DNA of 32,000 nucleotides from Clostridiaceae bacterium (GTDB lineage: Bacteria; Bacillota; Clostridia; Oscillospirales; Butyricicoccaceae). Both the position numbers and the translations under genes were made by a program. Position 1 is the first letter of the stretch; each line of letters begins with the position of its first letter. Where the stretch lies: NCBI GenBank assembly GCA_034926865.1, contig JAYFQP010000003.1, positions 138,149 to 170,148 of the forward strand. Reading direction: 5' to 3'. Shown here in pieces: positions 20,892-28,910 of this stretch. The notes under the pieces are model-generated. The model saw only the letters and a list, made by a program, of their open reading frames with translations. It made no database searches and was not told the origin of the DNA.

Positions 20892-20928
20892 AAAACCGCT
20901 GTTTATTGCAGCGGTTTTGTTTGTTTTT
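20892..20928 (+). terminator. Rho-independent terminator after M20 copy 1
   Basis: AAAACCGCTG (20892-20901) forms a perfect stem with CAGCGGTTTT (20909-20918). A T-rich tail follows, GTTTGTTTTT. Confidence 0.8.
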
Positions 20929-21049
20929 GACAAGCAAAGTTGTGTATTTAACCGAAAGTTAGTCCAAATGGCAAAAGTTTCTTTTCTTAAACACTTTACA
21001 ATGGTATACTGTGAATGTATGGCAATCAAATTATAAGGAGGAAATCAAC

Positions 21050-22414
21050 ATGACAGACAGACAACAGCTTATCGTCAAAAATGTAGATACCCATAGGAAG
21101 CTTATCCTCGACGCAGAGAGATGGCTCTGGGCACATCCTCAGACGGGCTACACCGAATGGGAAGCTCATGAATACCTCAAAGAAAAATTTGAATCCTTAG
21201 GATATCAGCTTACCTTCCCCGGAAATATCCCCGGCTTTTATACCGACGTCGATACCGGCAAACCCGGCCCCAAGCTCTGCATTATGGGAGAGCTTGATGC
21301 TCTTGATATTGCCAACCATCCCGAATCTGTAAACGGAATGACCCACTGCTGCGGCCATCACGGACAGGTTTCTGCGCTTCTTGGCATAGCCGCTGCTCTT
21401 AAAGAGCCCGGTGCTCTTGACGGCCTCTGCGGTGTCATCAGGCTCATGGCTGTTCCCGCCGAAGAAATGATCCAGCTTGCCTTCCGTGAGGATCTCCGCA
21501 AAAAAGGCGTTATCTCCTATATGGGCGGTAAAGTTGAATTCATGGCGAGAGGATATTTTGATGACATCGATATATCCATGATGGTCCATGGTGGCTCCAA
21601 CGGAGACGATATAGACTTCAAGTGCGGCGTGGGCAACAATGGCTGCATGGCTAAAACAATTAAATACAAGGGCAAATCCTCCCACGCCGGCGGCGCTCCA
21701 CATCTGGGAATCAACGCACAGTATGCCGCTATGCTCGGCCTTCAGGCCTGCAACGATCTGCGCGAAACCTTCCAGGAGAAAGATACCATCCGTTTCCATC
21801 CAATCATGATGGGCGTCAACTGCGCCGTAAACATCATCCCTGATGAAATGAAGATAGAGAGCTACGTCAGAGGCCGTACTCTTGAGGCCATCAAGCGCGA
21901 GAACAAAAAAGTAAACAGAGCACTTACAGGCGCTGCCCTTGCCATGGGCGCAGGCGTAGAGCTTTGCGACAGGCCCGGCTATTCTCCTGAGTATCATGAT
22001 CCTGCTTTCATGAAGCTTGTCGAACAGTGCTGCGGAGATCTTGTGGGTTCTGACAGAGTCGCCTTTGATTACAACGCATGGAGCACAGGCTCTTCCGACT
22101 TCGGCGATATCACCTGTGTAATGCCAGGTGTACAGTTCAACGCTTCCGGCGCTGTAGGAACAGGCCACGGTATTAATTATTACATAACAGACCCTAACCG
22201 CCTCTGCGTCAACTCTGCCAAGGCTCAGCTCTTTGTAACAGATGCGCTGCTTTCAAATGCAGGCGCCGCCGCAAAGGAGATCATCGCAAACTACAAGCCC
22301 CAGTATCCTTCCATAAAGGCCTACTTTGAGGCTATAAATGATATCATACTTGACAAGGACGCCGTAAAATATGATGAAAACGGCAATGCCACAGTCGATT
22401 TTCTTAACAACTAA
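21050..22414 (+). CDS. M20 family amidohydrolase, AbgB-like (copy 2, tandem paralogue)
   Basis: The 454-aa product is collinear with copy 1, with about 40 substitutions and one 2-residue indel by eye. The ATG at 21050 follows an AAGGAGG RBS. Confidence 0.8.
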   Translation: MTDRQQLIVKNVDTHRKLILDAERWLWAHPQTGYTEWEAHEYLKEKFESLGYQLTFPGNIPGFYTDVDTGKPGPKLCIMGELDALDIANHPESVNGMTHCCGHHGQVSALLGIAAALKEPGALDGLCGVIRLMAVPAEEMIQLAFREDLRKKGVISYMGGKVEFMARGYFDDIDISMMVHGGSNGDDIDFKCGVGNNGCMAKTIKYKGKSSHAGGAPHLGINAQYAAMLGLQACNDLRETFQEKDTIRFHPIMMGVNCAVNIIPDEMKIESYVRGRTLEAIKRENKKVNRALTGAALAMGAGVELCDRPGYSPEYHDPAFMKLVEQCCGDLVGSDRVAFDYNAWSTGSSDFGDITCVMPGVQFNASGAVGTGHGINYYITDPNRLCVNSAKAQLFVTDALLSNAGAAAKEIIANYKPQYPSIKAYFEAINDIILDKDAVKYDENGNATVDFLNN

Positions 22415-22433
22415 AAGCTGAAGTTTTATAAAC

Positions 22434-22465
22434 AAAGCCTCCGTACCAATTGGTACGGAGGCTTT
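22434..22465. terminator. Bidirectional rho-independent terminator between convergent genes
   Basis: A perfect 14-bp palindrome is present: AAAGCCTCCGTACC, AATT, GGTACGGAGGCTTT. It is flanked by A-rich and T-rich sequence and lies between the M20 copy 2 stop (22414) and the HAD gene stop (22479). Confidence 0.85.
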
Positions 22466-22478
22466 ATTAATATTCTTA

Positions 22479-23132
22479 TCAATTCCCCAGTATGGCCTGC
22501 CAATCCTCAAAAGACGGGATATAGCAATCAGCAAAGCCTATTATCGCATCCCTGTCGGCCTTTGAGTAATCATCTTTGATAGCCACAGTCCTGAACCCAG
22601 CGCCCTTGGCTGTTTTTACAGCATACAGCACATCCTCCACAACGGCAACATCCTCGGTTTGCAGCCCCAAAAGTTCCTGCGCCTTATAATACACGCATGG
22701 GCTTTCCTTGCTTTGCCCCACCATTCGGCATGTGACTATACCCTCGAAATAATTATATATTCCACAACGAATAAGTGCTGCCTGGGCAAGATCAAGATCG
22801 TTTGCTGTGGCCACTGCCATCTTTATTCCCATACCGGCAAGACTGCGTATTGCCTCAGCCACGCCTGATTTTGCCGGAGCATTATTTATGTATTCTTCCC
22901 TGATTATATCGTAAACGCCAGCTTCAATTTCACCATAACTTTTTTCAGGAAAATAGTTTTCAATGAGATATTCTACCCCTTGAGAAAACGTCATGTGGGA
23001 AATCTTTTTATTCAGATCTTTCTCTGGTATTCTATCCTGTCTTTTTATGTATTCGGACGCACATGTATCCCAGATGTACATGGAATCAAGCAGTGTCCCG
23101 TCCATGTCGAATATTACGCCTTTTATCTTCAT
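22479..23132 (-). CDS. HAD superfamily phosphatase (subfamily IA, beta-phosphoglucomutase-like)
   Basis: HAD motif I is present (VIFDMDGTLLDS), with motif II (VATAN) and motif IV (VVEDVLYAVKTAKGAG). The product is 217 aa. Confidence 0.85.
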   Translation of the reverse strand: MKIKGVIFDMDGTLLDSMYIWDTCASEYIKRQDRIPEKDLNKKISHMTFSQGVEYLIENYFPEKSYGEIEAGVYDIIREEYINNAPAKSGVAEAIRSLAGMGIKMAVATANDLDLAQAALIRCGIYNYFEGIVTCRMVGQSKESPCVYYKAQELLGLQTEDVAVVEDVLYAVKTAKGAGFRTVAIKDDYSKADRDAIIGFADCYIPSFEDWQAILGN

Positions 23133-23217
23133 CTTACACCTGCTTTTTAATGTCCGTCCGCCAAAACATTTGAGCTAACGGCTTTTTTAATTCTCATTCG
23201 CCAAACCTTGTGCTTAA

Positions 23218-23877
23218 TTACATAGTCTCAAAAAAGCGTCTCGGAGAACACTGCCACATTATCAAAAGGCTTCCTTTCCCAGCCGTTACTACGGCCTGAT
23301 CCTCCAAAAACTCATTGCTTACCCCAATCGGGAATACCGACTTCATATGATATTTTTCAAGCGGGTACTTTCCCCCTGTTATGCAGACGCCTTCCGTGTC
23401 TCCCGAGGGAGAAAAAACAGAAAAAACGCCGCCAGCTTCTCCCTTAAGCGCAATAGAGGAATCGGATATCTGAGTAACAACCCATCCGTCGCCTATGAGA
23501 TATCCTCTTGCCCCATGACAGTCAAGATACCCAAGCGCCTGATAATTTGCATAGGCATGGTCTATGCGCCCGCCGATACAGCCATAAATAATAAAGGTCT
23601 TAAAACCCAGTTCAAGCCCTTTTTTTATGGCGAGCAAAACATCTGTATCGTCCTTTTCAGGGCTGTGATAAAGAAGTTCATAGCCTGTAGGGATATATCC
23701 GAGCGAATCAAAATCCCCCACCACTAAGTCGGGCTTAATATCACCCATTTCGCCAAAGCCACCGTCACAGGCCATGATATATGCCCCTGCCGTTTGGCTT
23801 ATCTCAATATTCTTCGGGCGATATGCCCCAACTATATAGCATATTTTTTCATTCATTCGTTTCACCACGGCTTTCAT
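23218..23877 (-). CDS. thiN: Thiamine pyrophosphokinase
   Basis: TPK motifs are present: VVGDFDSLG, KDDTD and GGRIDH. A C-terminal thiamine-binding beta domain follows. The start is ambiguous between 23877 and the ATG at 23856, and both have an RBS. Confidence 0.8.
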   Translation of the reverse strand: MKAVVKRMNEKICYIVGAYRPKNIEISQTAGAYIMACDGGFGEMGDIKPDLVVGDFDSLGYIPTGYELLYHSPEKDDTDVLLAIKKGLELGFKTFIIYGCIGGRIDHAYANYQALGYLDCHGARGYLIGDGWVVTQISDSSIALKGEAGGVFSVFSPSGDTEGVCITGGKYPLEKYHMKSVFPIGVSNEFLEDQAVVTAGKGSLLIMWQCSPRRFFETM

Positions 23878-23980
23878 CTTTATAAAGCACCTGTCATTTT
23901 TGATATCGTCCCGGGTAGTCTCGCGGGCCTTTCATCTGTTGACAAAGCATTCGATGCAAGAGGTATTATAACACAATACA

Positions 23981-24005
23981 CCCCAAAGGGGAATTCCCTT
24001 TGGGG
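23981..24005 (-). terminator. Hairpin terminator downstream of the YtrA-type ABC operon
   Basis: CCCCAAAGGG (23981-23990) forms a perfect 10-bp stem with CCCTTTGGGG (23996-24005) around a 5-nt loop. The minus-strand tail is T-rich but interrupted (TGTATTGTGTT). Confidence 0.6.
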
Positions 24006-24030
24006 CGTATAAAGCTTATAGGCTGCTTAC

Positions 24031-24069
24031 TTCTTTTTAATATTCCTTCTTTTTAATATTCCTTCTTTT
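24031..24069. repeat. 16-bp tandem duplication (about 2.4 copies) spanning the stop codon of the ABC-2 permease
   Basis: TTCTTTTTAATATTCC occurs at 24031-24046 and again at 24047-24062, followed by a partial TTCTTTT. The permease TAA (24053-24055, minus strand) lies inside copy 2. Confidence 0.85.
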
Positions 24070-24691
24070 CCATAAACCTCAGGCTTAAGCGGTAGGAAAC
24101 AAAAAGCAAAAGGGATACAGCTGCCACGGCTATAAGCACATATGTCCATATGTCTATACCGGCTAAAAATGCGCCAATATCGGCAAATGCGTTCCTACCA
24201 AGTATCGACACTCCGCCCCATATAAAGGCGGCGATCACCGCAAAAAATACAAATGACATTATCCTTCCTTTTTCAATACCTAGCTTGATTATAGTTGGTA
24301 TCGACAGTGAAAGAGTTATGGTCTGCATACATACAGCCACAATAACGGCCACAAGCCACTCGGAGGGGTCAAAGCCTCCTTTGACAAGCTGCACCGCTGC
24401 TCCCAATACAGCCGCACCCGCCATCATACAAAAGCCAAGCAAAAACGCGAAGGCATATTTGCTTTTTACATACATACGCCTTGTCACAGGCATTGTGAGC
24501 AAAAAGCTCATTCCCCCCTCAAATTCGTCGTAGGTAAAAGTCGTCTGTGTAAGGGAAACTCCGATGATACCCATATAGCACATTACAAACATTGGCCCCT
24601 GAAGAGAAAACAAAATCGTCATGACAGCAATCGTCATCAGGACCTTTGTAGCCCTGAGGTATGAAAAATCCTTTATGATCAAACCCTTCAC
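24053..24691 (-). CDS. ABC-2 family transporter permease
   Basis: The 212-aa product has about six hydrophobic segments and the N-terminus MKGLIIKDFSYLR typical of small ABC-2 permeases. Its start overlaps the stop of the upstream ATPase gene by 4 nt. Confidence 0.75.
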   Translation of the reverse strand: MKGLIIKDFSYLRATKVLMTIAVMTILFSLQGPMFVMCYMGIIGVSLTQTTFTYDEFEGGMSFLLTMPVTRRMYVKSKYAFAFLLGFCMMAGAAVLGAAVQLVKGGFDPSEWLVAVIVAVCMQTITLSLSIPTIIKLGIEKGRIMSFVFFAVIAAFIWGGVSILGRNAFADIGAFLAGIDIWTYVLIAVAAVSLLLFVSYRLSLRFMEKKEY

Positions 24692-25539
24692 AGTTTTTCA
24701 CCCCTTATCATCATAGTCATAACGCTGTCTATACCTCCATTATCAACCACAAGCCCGGGATACCTTGAAAGATAATAGGCCCTGTCATTTGTAAGGCAGC
24801 TTACCCCAAAGGTCTCCTTGCGGACACGCAAGATTTTTTCCTTATCGAGGCTCTCGTACTGCGAAGCCTGCGCCTTTATAATCCCATAGCTGCCGAGAAG
24901 CTTATCGGTATCCTCGTGCATAACTATTCTGCCGTTATCTATCATATATATGTCGTCGCAAAGCCCTTCAAGGTCCGACGATATGTGAGAGCTGATAAGT
25001 ATTCCTCTGCTCTCGGTATCCATATACTCTCTTAACATATCAAGAACCTCATCTCTGGCTATTACATCAAGACCAGCCGTAGGCTCGTCAAGAATCATCA
25101 GCTCTGCATCGTGGCTCATCGCACACAAAAGCCTGAACTTTGCCTTCATACCGCTGGAAAACTTCCTGATCTGTTTATCAAGAGGCAAACCCATCTCTCC
25201 GCATCGCTTTATAAAACCGGCATAGTCAAAGTTTCTATAAAGCTCTTTTTGTATTCTCGCCGCGGCCTTTGCGGTGAGATAATTGCTAAAACCAGCCTCC
25301 GCAAGAATCACCCCTATTTTCTGCCTGTCTTCCGGCAAAAGCATGAATGGATTTTTGCCTAAGACCTCTATGGTGCCTGATTCTATAGTGATAAGCCCTA
25401 AAACAGCCTTAAAAGCCGTAGTTTTTCCGGCGCCATTCTGCCCGATGAGGCCGGTTACATAACCCGGTTTTATCTCAAGAGAGCACTCCAGCCTGAATTC
25501 GCCGTAATCCTTGACGGCGTTTTCCATTTTTACAAGCAT
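24688..25539 (-). CDS. ABC transporter ATP-binding protein
   Basis: It has a Walker A (GQNGAGKTT), a signature motif (FSSGMK), a Walker B (LMILDEPT) and an H-loop (SSHIS). A GGAGGA RBS lies 6 nt upstream of the start. Confidence 0.92.
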   Translation of the reverse strand: MLVKMENAVKDYGEFRLECSLEIKPGYVTGLIGQNGAGKTTAFKAVLGLITIESGTIEVLGKNPFMLLPEDRQKIGVILAEAGFSNYLTAKAAARIQKELYRNFDYAGFIKRCGEMGLPLDKQIRKFSSGMKAKFRLLCAMSHDAELMILDEPTAGLDVIARDEVLDMLREYMDTESRGILISSHISSDLEGLCDDIYMIDNGRIVMHEDTDKLLGSYGIIKAQASQYESLDKEKILRVRKETFGVSCLTNDRAYYLSRYPGLVVDNGGIDSVMTMMIRGEKL

Positions 25540-25541
25540 AT

Positions 25542-25913
25542 TTATTCCTCCATAATCAAATCAACAAGCTTGATAAGCTCTTCACGTGTCATTCCCGCCC
25601 TTTTAGCCATCACAACGGTTTTTTCCATCTGGGCCTCCACGCTTTTACGCGCCTCTTCTTCAAGAATACTAAGCCCTACCTTCTCAACAAAGCTCCCTTT
25701 GCCGTGAACCGTTGAAATAAACCCCTCGCTCTCAAGCGTATCATAGGCTTTTTTGACAGTGAGAGCACTTATTTTTAGCTCCCTTGCCATCACGCGTACC
25801 GAGGGAAGTGGTGAGCCATCCGGCAGCAATCCCCTTGTTATCATATTCTTGATTTGGTTTATAATCTGCTCATAGATGGGCGTCTGAGAGGAAGCGCTGA
25901 TAATTATCTCCAT
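25542..25913 (-). CDS. GntR family transcriptional regulator, YtrA subfamily
   Basis: It is a short protein (about 123 aa) with a GntR winged-helix domain (IYEQIINQIKNMITRGLL..GSPLPSVRVMARELKISALTVKKAYDTLESEGFI) and a brief C-terminal helical tail. It is the first gene of an operon with the ABC ATPase and permease. The ATG at 25913 follows a GGGGAG RBS. Confidence 0.88.
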   Translation of the reverse strand: MEIIISASSQTPIYEQIINQIKNMITRGLLPDGSPLPSVRVMARELKISALTVKKAYDTLESEGFISTVHGKGSFVEKVGLSILEEEARKSVEAQMEKTVVMAKRAGMTREELIKLVDLIMEE

Positions 25914-25933
25914 TCTTTCTCCCCTTTTCAATA

Positions 25934-25965
25934 AACAGTATATAACAGTATATAACACTTGTCAA
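25934..25965 (-). promoter_or_regulatory. Candidate promoter of the YtrA-type operon overlapped by tandem GT-N5-AC repeats (putative operator)
   Basis: On the minus strand there is TTGACA (25965-25960), a 17-nt spacer, then TATACT (25942-25937). The spacer and -10 are built from 2.4 tandem copies of AACAGTATAT (25934-25957). These contain GTATATAAC twice, which fits the generic GntR GT-Nx-AC operator pattern. Confidence 0.45.
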
Positions 25966-26001
25966 TACAAAGAGATACGTTTTCCCATATTTACGTTATT
26001 A

Positions 26002-26030
26002 AAAAGCCCCGCCGAAATGGCGAGGCTTTT
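26002..26030 (-). terminator. Rho-independent terminator after the BMP lipoprotein gene
   Basis: AGCCCCGCC pairs with GGCGAGGCT, with one mismatch. On the minus strand the hairpin is followed by TTTTTAATAA. It lies about 27 nt past the stop at 26057. Confidence 0.65.
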
Positions 26031-26056
26031 GGATGATTATCATATGCGCAAAACAG

Positions 26057-27103
26057 CTATTTTATTGCATTCGCAATAATGATCTCGTTTCCCAGAAGTT
26101 TTTCTTTCAATTGGCTGCAGGCTTCAATGGTTTCCTTTGAAAGGTTAGGATTATCTTTTGGCAGGCCGACTGCTTCTTTTTCAAGATCAAATACAGACAG
26201 TTGCCCAAGAGGCGAAACATCACCTTCTATAATATCTGCGGCTATTACTTCCACGGCTTTGCCGTAATCGCACACTGCAGACGTAACGACAGTTGAAAGA
26301 TCTTTGTCCGGATCATACATGGCCGTGTCAAAAACGTCAACGTCAGACCCCACTATCCATATATCATCCCCCACGGTACGCCTCATCCTGGCTTCAGCCA
26401 GCGCACCAAGGCCGGATGGATCAGACGAAACAAGTAGGCAGTTAACACCATTTTCAAAAAGAGTTGCCGCCTGCTGCTGCCCAAGGGGATAGTCTACAGA
26501 ATCACTCAGAAACACAAAATCGCTTTTATCGGCAGTAACTTTTGCCCCAGAGTTATCCACCGCATAGTTTACCCCCTGCAAAAAGCCCGACAGCAGCTCC
26601 TGATTTGAAGCTGAAGAAGAACCGAATACTCCCCCGAACCTGTAACCTTCAAGCTCAAGTGCTGAAGCAAAGCCAGCCAAAAAGCCGGCCTGACTTTTGT
26701 CAAAAACCGCGGCCGCAACATTATCGGATATCTGCGGAGGGTTGCAGTCAATAGCTATAAATAGGCATTCCTTATACGTATCGCTTGCCTCTTGCAAGGC
26801 TTCGGTAAAAAGCGCTCCCGGCAAAACAATAATGTTATATCCGCTTTCAACAAGTGTCTTCACCCCCTGCATAAAGCTTTGGGTATCTGCTGAAGACGGG
26901 CAATAATAGTTTATCTCTACGCCGTATTTCTTCTGAATCTTCTCCAGGCCTTCCCATACGGCCTGATTAAGATGATTATCGCTTATGGGCCCAGAATCGG
27001 TCACCATTCCGATTTTATAATCAGTCTCATTTCGTGAACAGGCCGTCAATAGACCAAACGTCATAAATATTAAAAGGATTATTGAAAGCTTCTTTTGTAT
27101 CAT
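26057..27103 (-). CDS. BMP family (Med/PnrA-like) substrate-binding lipoprotein
   Basis: The N-terminus is a lipoprotein signal (MIQKKLSIILLIFMTFGLLTAC). A BMP-type core follows (YKIGMVTDSGPISDNHLNQAVWEGLEKIQKKYGVEI...). The ATG at 27103 follows an AGGAGG RBS. No ABC permease or ATPase gene is adjacent. Confidence 0.85.
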   Translation of the reverse strand: MIQKKLSIILLIFMTFGLLTACSRNETDYKIGMVTDSGPISDNHLNQAVWEGLEKIQKKYGVEINYYCPSSADTQSFMQGVKTLVESGYNIIVLPGALFTEALQEASDTYKECLFIAIDCNPPQISDNVAAAVFDKSQAGFLAGFASALELEGYRFGGVFGSSSASNQELLSGFLQGVNYAVDNSGAKVTADKSDFVFLSDSVDYPLGQQQAATLFENGVNCLLVSSDPSGLGALAEARMRRTVGDDIWIVGSDVDVFDTAMYDPDKDLSTVVTSAVCDYGKAVEVIAADIIEGDVSPLGQLSVFDLEKEAVGLPKDNPNLSKETIEACSQLKEKLLGNEIIIANAIK

Positions 27104-27140
27104 CTGTAGGTTCCTCCTGTATCTGTAAAGGCAGAGCAAA

Positions 27141-28223
27141 TTATTCTATATCGACAGCGGCTTTTTCAGTCACTACCGAAACAAAGGTTTTACCGCGCTC
27201 TAGCTTAAGTTCGCTTCCGGCGGCATCATAAAAGCTTATCGGCTCATTATAGGCATTCTTCTCCCAGGTTATGGGTATATATTTACCATTGCAGAAATAA
27301 TACCCCTCGCCGCTTCCGTTCGTCTTAACCTCGACAAGCTTAAGCGCGTTCCCTGCAACGTCCGTTGTTTCCATGCGAAGCACAAGAAGGTTCTTAACCT
27401 CGATCTGAACGCCAAGGTAAGCATCCATATGAGGATCCCCGTACTGGTATCGCAAATAGGTACCCTTTGAGGCATCATAAACATAATAGGGCTTGTTGCG
27501 TTCACTATATGTCACACTAACTTTGGACATTGCGCTGCCGCCTGAGGCCGAGCTATCGGAAGCAAAGCTGAAAGCCGATGGCTGCTCCGCCTGAGAAAGA
27601 TCTTTATTAAGTGAGGCAAGAGCATTTTCAATATATTCGCCGGTAGTATATACGGAATGCTCAAGCCCAAGCGTCTTTCGCCTTTCGGGATCGCGGAAGA
27701 AAAGCGTCCCCTCCCAGCTGCCTTTTATGCCATCAATACTGATAAGGTCCTTCCTTTCGGCAATGGCATTATATGCAGGCACGCTGCCGCCAAAATGCAT
27801 ATAAACGGCCCCGTAGCTTTGGGCAATATCTATAAAATACGGCCTTGAGCTCCGTATGGAGGCAAGCTTCTCTATCTTTGAGGGGTCTTTAAAAATGGCA
27901 AGAAGGCGGGTTATCCTTCCCTCCGCCAGCATCTCATAGATGATATCTGCCTGGCTTATGCCCCACTGCGGAAGGCTGTCATAGCTGTTGCTGACCATTA
28001 TCGCCACCGGCCGCTGTTCAAGGGCCGAATCGGAAATACCATCACAAAGACCCGTAAGCGGATTGACATTCCCGTCCGGCACAAACTCATCGCCTTTTTC
28101 TCCTTCATCAGGAGTTTCCGAAATACGCGTATCAGTCTGTTTTCCGCCATTGTCAGTTTCGTTCATCCCGCATGCAGTAAAAACCGCCGCTATCATAAGC
28201 ACAAGGATTAAAACCTTCTTCAT
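27141..28223 (-). CDS. DUF3048 domain lipoprotein (YerB-like)
   Basis: It has a lipoprotein signal (MKKVLILVLMIAAVFTAC) and a low-complexity linker. The conserved block follows (RPVAIMVSNSYDSLPQWGISQADIIYEMLAEGRITRLLAIF). The ATG at 28223 follows a GGAGG RBS. Confidence 0.75.
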   Translation of the reverse strand: MKKVLILVLMIAAVFTACGMNETDNGGKQTDTRISETPDEGEKGDEFVPDGNVNPLTGLCDGISDSALEQRPVAIMVSNSYDSLPQWGISQADIIYEMLAEGRITRLLAIFKDPSKIEKLASIRSSRPYFIDIAQSYGAVYMHFGGSVPAYNAIAERKDLISIDGIKGSWEGTLFFRDPERRKTLGLEHSVYTTGEYIENALASLNKDLSQAEQPSAFSFASDSSASGGSAMSKVSVTYSERNKPYYVYDASKGTYLRYQYGDPHMDAYLGVQIEVKNLLVLRMETTDVAGNALKLVEVKTNGSGEGYYFCNGKYIPITWEKNAYNEPISFYDAAGSELKLERGKTFVSVVTEKAAVDIE

Positions 28224-28239
28224 TGAGGCATACCTCCGA

Positions 28240-28782
28240 TTAAGATTTTTCTTTGTCGTCAAGGAGCAGATTCAAAAGCCCCTTAAATATGTTTTCAGCG
28301 TTCTCCTTGAAATTTTCCTCCAGTATGCGGCACTGCCGCTCGCTGTAAACCAGCATCGACATAGAGATAATATCGGTGCTTTTGTCGCACACCGTCAAGG
28401 TTACATTAAACGTGCCGTCTCCGTTATCCGTATGATAAGCCTTGATGCTGTCCGCCCTGCGTATCTTTCTGACAACGCGTATCACACCAGCCTGGACTTT
28501 GTCACATACGCTGGTCCTCAGATGCCCTGCCATGAGATCAACTACTTCTCTGCCCTTAATAGTCAAAAGATATTGCTTTTCGCCTGCGACATCTATTTCA
28601 GATATATGCTTTGAATCTATCAATTCGCGTAAAAATTGTGCAAATTCAAAATATCCAAACCCGTCGTCAACCATCACTATATCGAGGAGATCATCCTCGC
28701 TTATGGTTATGGGAAGCAGGCTAAGGCAATATAGGATAAGATACTTGATATCCTCAGGCTCTCTCACATATCCCTGCCGCAT
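28240..28782 (-). CDS. DUF4364 family protein (PadR-like winged-helix N-terminus)
   Basis: IKYLILYCLSLLPITISEDDLLDIVMVDDGFGYFEFAQFLRELIDSKHI...YLLTIKGREV looks like a PadR-type winged-helix domain. The ATG at 28782 follows a GGAGGTGA RBS. The gene ends 16 nt before the DUF3048 gene. Confidence 0.6.
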   Translation of the reverse strand: MRQGYVREPEDIKYLILYCLSLLPITISEDDLLDIVMVDDGFGYFEFAQFLRELIDSKHISEIDVAGEKQYLLTIKGREVVDLMAGHLRTSVCDKVQAGVIRVVRKIRRADSIKAYHTDNGDGTFNVTLTVCDKSTDIISMSMLVYSERQCRILEENFKENAENIFKGLLNLLLDDKEKS

Positions 28783-28910
28783 ATGCTTCACCTCCGCAAA
28801 TAACACTGAATTATCCAATTAAGTATAACATAAGTAACAATTAAAATAAAAGCATATTTATGAACAATAGGCACGATTATGAATAAAATACCTTATAGAG
28901 AGGTGAAAAC

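Noticed and set aside
21197-22168. A 323-aa minus-strand ORF antisense to M20 copy 2, and the analogous 209-aa ORF at 20006-20635 antisense to copy 1
   Set aside because: Both lie entirely inside well-supported plus-strand genes. They have no RBS and a low-complexity, Ala/Gly/His-rich composition. They recur only because the sense genes are paralogous, so they are a codon-bias artefact.
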